Of a DNA stretch of 64,000 nt, positions 61,019-64,000 are shown piece after piece. Below the pieces are notes generated by a model. That model had not been told where the DNA came from. It made no database searches and was given only the letters and a program-made list of their open reading frames with translations. How positions within the stretch are numbered: position 1 is the stretch's first letter; each line of letters begins with the position of its first letter. The stretch is from Rubripirellula sp. (lineage in GTDB: Bacteria > Planctomycetota > Planctomycetia > Pirellulales > Pirellulaceae), in assembly GCA_965216875.1 (NCBI GenBank), contig OZ244207.1, positions 5,632,001 to 5,696,000 on the forward strand, read 5' to 3'. Made by a program: the position numbers and the translations under genes.

Positions 61019-61544
61019 TTCCGGTCCCGGCCTCGTCCTCTTGGCCGTGTTGGTTGGCCTGGCGGCCGGTTGTTTGCTGGCAACCCAACCGAGCATCAAC
61101 GGCCAGCTCAGTAAGCATGTTGCGCACCCGCTGCAAGCCACGCTGATTTCCTTCGGTTCGGGAACCGTGATCATTTTCTTGATCACCATCCTGTCGAGCA
61201 ATTTCCCGATCCGATTCACCTCTCCACCGAGTCAACTTCCCCTCTGGGTCTGGTTCGGCGGTGCCATTGGCGTTGTGATGGTCACCACGTCGCTGCTGCT
61301 GGTCCCCCGCGTTGGGTCGCTCACTTGGTTTGCCGCGGTGATGACCGGCCAGACTGTGACAGCGCTCCTTTTGGACCATTACGGACTCCTCGGAACACCT
61401 CGCGCAGCGGTTTCCCCACTACGGGTTCTGGGAACCTGCCTCCTCATCGCGGGGGTTCTGGTGATCGTGCAGGCAAAAAGACAAGAACATTTCGAACAGG
61501 CCACCAGAACGGGGACGACGGCCAGTGCGGCCGACTCGGACTAG
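61011..61544 (+). CDS. YdcZ/DUF606 DMT-family transporter
   Basis: 'QPSINGQL', 'GGAIG', 'GQ...LLLDHYG'. Confidence 0.85.
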   Translation: MSDSGPGLVLLAVLVGLAAGCLLATQPSINGQLSKHVAHPLQATLISFGSGTVIIFLITILSSNFPIRFTSPPSQLPLWVWFGGAIGVVMVTTSLLLVPRVGSLTWFAAVMTGQTVTALLLDHYGLLGTPRAAVSPLRVLGTCLLIAGVLVIVQAKRQEHFEQATRTGTTASAADSD

Positions 61545-61839
61545 CCTCCTTTGCTAGCGAGTGCCTCTCACAAACGCCCTAATGAGCGTCAGCGGCGAGA
61601 AAATGACCTTACCCAGCGTGGGATGAATCAAGTATCGATAGTAGCAAATCGGTCGATTTCATGGCGTGCGTCAGGCGCGAACGGCATGTGTTGGCAAGAT
61701 ACGAACAACTACGCTTGAGACGTTTTTTACCGGAAACTATGGTAGGGCGTCCTGGCGAGCGGTCCATCGAGGTATTCCACCCCAATCCCCAGCCCAATTG
61801 GCCTCCTCAATCAACCAATGAGGAAGAACTGAATCGCTG

Positions 61840-62319
61840 ATGAAATACTGTCAAATCGATCGAATCACATCGGTCCAACCCGGCCAAAAGCTGACTGCAA
61901 CCCGGACGCTCCACGAAGATGAGGAGTACCTCAAGGATCACTTTCCTAATTTTCCTGTCATGCCTGGCGTGATGATGCTTGAAGCGCTTCATCAAGCTGC
62001 CGTTTGGCTGGTCCGCATTACAGATAACTTCCAGAGCCCGCTGGTTTTGCTGCGGGAAGTTCGGAGTGTCAAATTTGGCGACTTTTTGGCTCCAGGAGAA
62101 ACCCTCGATTTGGTCGTCGAACAAATCAAAGTCAACGGCGACAAAACGACGATCAAAGCGACTGCGATGAAAGGCGACCGAGCCACCGTCTCGGCGAGAC
62201 TCATTCTCGAGAAGTGTGGAACCGGTGATCCCGAGCGACTCGGATCCGACGAAGAGATTCGCGGTCGGTGCGAAGACCAGTTCCGCGAACTGTTCGGTGA
62301 CATCGCCGTCACCAACTAA
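61840..62319 (+). CDS. FabZ-like 3-hydroxyacyl-ACP dehydratase
   Basis: 'DHFPNFPVMPGVMMLEA'. Confidence 0.85.
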   Translation: MKYCQIDRITSVQPGQKLTATRTLHEDEEYLKDHFPNFPVMPGVMMLEALHQAAVWLVRITDNFQSPLVLLREVRSVKFGDFLAPGETLDLVVEQIKVNGDKTTIKATAMKGDRATVSARLILEKCGTGDPERLGSDEEIRGRCEDQFRELFGDIAVTN

Positions 62320-62379
62320 CCATCCAATTTATCGAACAATCCACAACTCAACACAAACAAGAACAACTGAGGATTTCCA

Positions 62380-62769
62380 ATGGCACTTGCCAAAGATGAG
62401 ATTTTTGAAAAGGTCCGCGAAGCATTGGTCGACGCATTGGGAGTCGATGATGATGAAGTGAGCGAGGACGCAACGCTTGTTGGCGACCTGGGCGCCGAAT
62501 CAATCGACTTCCTGGACATCGTCTTCAAATTGGAAAAGGCATTCGACATCACCATTCCTCGTGAAGAGTTGTCGCCTGAAGACATTTTGACCAACAGCCA
62601 ATACGTCCAAGACGGCGTGGTCACTGACGAAGGCATGGCAGAACTGAAGCGACGTATGCCTTGGGCTGACCTGACCGAATTCGAAAAGAACCCACGCGTT
62701 CAAGACTTCGGCAACCTGTTGACCGTTGGCGACTTGTGCAGCTACGTCGGCAGCAAGGTTGGCGAATAG
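62380..62769 (+). CDS. Extended acyl carrier protein (129 aa)
   Basis: 'DLGAESIDFLDI' phosphopantetheine site; long insertion before 'TVGDL'. Confidence 0.88.
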   Translation: MALAKDEIFEKVREALVDALGVDDDEVSEDATLVGDLGAESIDFLDIVFKLEKAFDITIPREELSPEDILTNSQYVQDGVVTDEGMAELKRRMPWADLTEFEKNPRVQDFGNLLTVGDLCSYVGSKVGE

Positions 62770-62845
62770 GCTTACCTTTGTTCATGATTCCAAACGCGCC
62801 GTAACATCGTTCGCGTTGCCCCCATTTGATAGGTAGAGCTGGCAC

Positions 62846-63352
62846 GTGCGTTGGCTATGGGTTGATCGATTCACCGAGTTTGTCAGTGGCTTTCATGCCC
62901 ATGGCACCAAGAACATTGCGCTCGATGAAGAGGTCGTTGACCACTACATCCCCGGCTATCCTGTTCTGCCGCCAACGTTGATTATCGAGGGTATGGCACA
63001 ACTGGGCGGGATTCTTGTCGCCGAGCATTTCGGTTTCGAAAAGAACGTCGTGCTGGCCAAAGTTGGAAAGGCCAAATATCACGCCCCAGCTCGCTGTGGG
63101 GATCAGCTCAAATACGAAGTCAAGCTGGACGCCGTGCAAGATCACGGCGCCACCGTCACGGGGACAAGTCACTGTGACGGGAAACTGCAGGCCGAGATTG
63201 ACCTGATGTTTGCCTTCCTTGAAGAGGGCCGTTTCACCGACGGTCCCCTTTTCCGGCATGGCGATCTACGATCCATGCTCAGGATGATGAACTTTTTCCA
63301 CGTCGCGGTCGATCAGGACGGCAACCCCGTTCCGATCTATCAAAACATTTGA
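62846..63352 (+). CDS. Second FabZ-like hotdog protein
   Basis: 'VDRF', 'PGYPVLPPTLIIEGMAQ', 'GDQLKY'. Confidence 0.8.
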   Translation: MRWLWVDRFTEFVSGFHAHGTKNIALDEEVVDHYIPGYPVLPPTLIIEGMAQLGGILVAEHFGFEKNVVLAKVGKAKYHAPARCGDQLKYEVKLDAVQDHGATVTGTSHCDGKLQAEIDLMFAFLEEGRFTDGPLFRHGDLRSMLRMMNFFHVAVDQDGNPVPIYQNI

Positions 63353-63452
63353 TTCACAGCCCTCAATTCCTTGCCAACCACTTGGACCACGCGAACGAGA
63401 GCGATTCGGTCGACCCAAGAGGCAAGTCCACCCGCCAGCCAAGGCTATTCTG

Positions 63453-64000
63453 ATGCGTCGTCGTGTTGTCGTTACTGGGATCGGCATGATCAACCCAATG
63501 GGTCATGATCCGCAGACGGTGTGGGCAGGACTGAAAGAAGGCAAGAGCGGCGTTGCCAAAACAACGCTCTTCGACGCCAGTGGTTTTCCCACCAAGATCA
63601 GTGCCGAAGTCAAAAACTGGGACATCACCGACGCGGGTGAACCGGCCGACAGGTGGAAGTCACGTGGCCGGCACACCAAGTTTGCGGCCGGTGCTGCCAA
63701 ACAAGCCATCGAAAACAGCGGCGTCCTCGATTCCGTCTCCGACCCAACTCGCTTCGGTATCTACCTCGGCAGCGGCGAAGGCAACCAGGACTTCATGACC
63801 TTTAGCCGGATGATGGCGGAAGCTCTCAAGGGTGGTGAATACGAATCGTCCAAGTTCATCGCGGCCGGGCTGCAATACCTCGACCCTGCTGCTGAACTCG
63901 AGCAAGAACCGAACATGCCAGCGGCGCACCTGGCCACCATGTTCAACGCCCAGGGCCCCAACCTGAACTGCTTGACCGCGTGTGCCGCAAGTAGCCAAGC
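63453..64000 (+). CDS. fabF: FabF-like beta-ketoacyl-ACP synthase, runs off the window
   Basis: My translation MRRRVVVTGIG...GPNLNCLTACAASSQ with active-site Cys; not in the ORF track because no stop in window. Confidence 0.88.
   Translation, partial: MRRRVVVTGIGMINPMGHDPQTVWAGLKEGKSGVAKTTLFDASGFPTKISAEVKNWDITDAGEPADRWKSRGRHTKFAAGAAKQAIENSGVLDSVSDPTRFGIYLGSGEGNQDFMTFSRMMAEALKGGEYESSKFIAAGLQYLDPAAELEQEPNMPAAHLATMFNAQGPNLNCLTACAASSQ

Noticed and set aside
1..64000. tRNA or rRNA genes
   Set aside because: None recognised by eye; a covariance search was not possible.

Overview
Bacterial chromosome segment, very probably from a planctomycete (Pirellulaceae-like). Signs are several sulfatases, a 'LESRQLLA' planctomycete extracellular motif, PQQ-type propellers, a BBP2 porin, a giant Ser/Thr kinase and Cys-rich repeat proteins. 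Bases 1 to ~11188 are the right part of a mobile element inserted into comM by a large serine recombinase. comM is cut at ...ISGPL| and its 3' half is not in the window. The element looks like a phage satellite. It has HTH genes, a lambda-O-like initiator with internal iterons, a DnaC-like loader, an Ogr/Delta-like zinc finger, two lambda cosQ-like sites and a tape-measure-like gene with a chaperone-position partner. No capsid, portal or terminase gene is visible. It also carries a ~450 bp non-coding array of about 11 AATT-centred palindromes of several sequence types, and apparently a T2SS secretin. The rest of the window is ordinary chromosome: porin, hydrolases, sulfatases, di-haem peroxidase, kinase/PP2C pair, SRAP, TrkH, NfeD, DnaE2, LpxB, Cys-rich proteins, REP/MITE-like repeats and the start of a fabZ-acp-fabZ-fabF cluster. 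It includes two apparently dead proteases and a CxxC pseudo-receiver. All calls come from reading motifs by eye; no database search was run.
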